DNA of 32,000 nucleotides from Mycoplasma mycoides subsp. capri (GTDB lineage Bacteria; Bacillota_I; Bacilli_A; Mycoplasmatales; Mycoplasmataceae): NCBI RefSeq assembly GCF_018389705.1, contig NZ_CP065581.1, positions 180,001 to 212,000 of the forward strand, read 5' to 3'. Shown piece by piece: positions 30,185 to 32,000 of this stretch (position 1 is its first letter; each line of letters starts with the position of its first letter). The notes under the pieces were generated by a model. It saw only the letters and a program-made list of their open reading frames with translations, ran no database searches and was not told where the DNA came from. The position numbers and the translations under genes were made by a program.

Positions 30185-31498
30185 TTATTTCACATCTTCA
30201 GATATGATTTCTCAGATCACTTTTTTGACGGGCTGTTGCTCTAGTAATTCGTATGACTCATGTATTTCTTTTTCTCATTTTGGATTAATTTCTCTATTTG
30301 TATAAAGAGTCATAATTGTATCGCCAGCATTAACATAATCACCATATTGCTTATCAAAATAAATTCCAGCTCCATGATCAATTTTATCTGTTTTTTTAAA
30401 TCTTCCAGCACCAATTTCTATTAAAATCATTCCGATTTCTTCAGCTCTTTTATATCTAATATATCCACTATTTGTTGCTTTAATTTCTAGTTTATTTTTA
30501 CAACTAAAGTGTTTATCATAATTTTCTAAAACACTTCAATCTCCACCTTGAGCAATTACAAAGTCTTTTAGATAATGTGCAGCTTCTTTTGATTTTAATT
30601 TCTTTAAAACATCTTGTTTAGCTTCATTTAAATCAGCAAATACTTTAGCTTGTAATAAAGTAATTCCAACTAGAGTTGCAATTAGTTCATTAAAATCACT
30701 AGGTCCATTACCATTTAAAGTTTCTCAAGCTTCTTTAACTTCTAAAGCATTTCCCATAGCTCTACCTAATGGTTTTTCCATATTAGTTAAAACTACAGCT
30801 ACTTTTCTATTATATTGTTTTCCAACTTCAATCATACGATTAGCTAAATCTTTAGCATCTTCAATTGTTGTCATAAATGCACCATTACCAGTTTTAACAT
30901 CTAATATTAAACCATCATTTTCAACAATCATTTTTTTACTCATAATTGAAGCAACAATTAAAGGCATTGAATCTATTGTTCCTGTTACATCTCTTAAGGC
31001 ATAAATTTTTTTATCAGCTGGAACAATATTATCTGATTGAGCAATAATGCTCATATTTGTTTTATTAATTACATCTACAAACTCATCATTTGTAACTTCA
31101 CATTTTCATCCTGGAAATGATTCTAATTTATCAATAGTTCCACCAGTTTTTCCTAAACCTCTTCCAGATAATTTACATACTTTAATTCCATAACTTGCAA
31201 CTAGTGGTGCATAAACTAAACTAGTTTTATCTCCAACTCCTCCAGTTGAGTGTTTATCTGCTTTAAAACCACTAACTTTAGATAAATCATATCTATCTCC
31301 AGATTCAATATAAGCTTTAGTTAAATAAGCAGTTTCTTTAGCTGTCATATCTGTAAAATAAGTAGCCATGCAAAAACTAGCCATTTGATAATCAGTAATT
31401 TCACCTTTTGTATAACTATTAATTAATCAAGAGATTTCTTGTTCAGTTAATTCTATATTATGTTTCTTTTTTTCTATTATATCTGCAAATGTAAACAT
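30185..31498 (-). CDS. deoA: Pyrimidine-nucleoside (thymidine) phosphorylase, 437 aa
   Basis: Reverse translation gives [24 protein letters not shown]..., [30 protein letters not shown] and MSKK. Length is divisible by 3, and the track ORFs 30725-31054 and 31106-31384 are in frame. Confidence 0.9.
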
Positions 31499-31659
31499 TT
31501 ATATACCAACTTTCTATTTGTCTATTTTTATTATACTTTTAAAATCAATATTATTTTGAACATTAATTTTGACAATTTTAGTATTGGGTTTTAAAATAGT
31601 AAAATATTTCATAGGTGCTATAATAACTATACATAAAAATGTCATTAAGGAGTAAAAAA

Positions 31660-32000
31660 ATGAGTTTTAACAAATTAGATCAAACTTATTTAGATTGAAT
31701 TAATCATCCTAATTTAGATCAAGAATTAAAAGAATTATTAAATAAAGCAGATGATAATGAATTAAATGCTGCTTTTAATTTGGAATTAAAATTTGGAACA
31801 GCAGGAATTAGAGGAATACTAGGAGCTGGTCCTGGTAGATTTAATGTTTATACTATTAAAAAAGTAACAATAGCTTATGCTAAATTATTACAAACAAAAT
31901 ATAGTAATGACTTAAATAAAGGTGTTGTTATTGGTCATGATAATAGACATAATTCTAAAAAATTTGCTAAATTAGTAGCAGATATTTTAACAAGTTTTAA
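31660..32000 (+). CDS. Alpha-D-phosphohexomutase family protein (phosphomannomutase/phosphoglucomutase-like; may serve as phosphopentomutase given the deoA/deoD context), 3'-partial
   Basis: AAGGAG RBS. The N-terminal block LKFGTAGIRGILGAGPGRFN is typical of the family. The frame runs off the window end. Confidence 0.8.

Noticed and set aside
1-32000. CRISPR arrays, tRNA, rRNA or tmRNA genes
   Set aside because: I saw no spaced identical repeats of 25-40 bp, and none of the GC-enriched structured segments that stand out in such AT-rich DNA. The intergenic regions are short or plain AT-rich spacers.

Overview
Very AT-rich Mollicutes chromosome segment, most like the Mycoplasma mycoides/capricolum (Spiroplasma-group) lineage. 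It only makes sense under genetic code 4 (UGA=Trp). Nearly every 'fragmented' ORF in the supplied track joins across in-frame TGA codons into a full-length gene with recognisable motifs. All protein identities below come from motif and architecture recognition by eye; no database search was run. Layout: (1) the 3' end of nrdE. (2) A 2.5-kb cassette (signal-less DUF285 repeat protein plus a type II M/R pair) bracketed by a 96-bp direct duplication of the nrdE 3' end. (3) purA-purB-hpt purine salvage genes. (4) A lipoprotein gene preceded by an A19 tract. (5) A tightly packed 8.3-kb phospho-glycoside locus: fructose-family PTS IIBC, GH38 alpha-mannosidase, PTS IIA, ROK kinase, GH1 phospho-beta-glycosidase and a MupG/DUF871-like hydrolase. 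(6) An accessory-looking block: a class III Fic AMP-transferase (minus strand), two tandem paralogous ~1,020-1,030-aa membrane-anchored K/E-rich coiled-coil proteins, a lysophospholipase-like hydrolase and a solo IS3-family OrfA. (7) deoD, an unrecognisable 326-aa protein, then fruR-fruK-fruA with four phased 10-bp direct repeats in its promoter. (8) deoA/pdp and the start of a phosphohexomutase gene. No rRNA, tRNA or CRISPR array was seen. The most unusual items are the tandem giant anchored coiled-coil genes next to the class III Fic, and the R-M cassette with its target-gene-end duplication.
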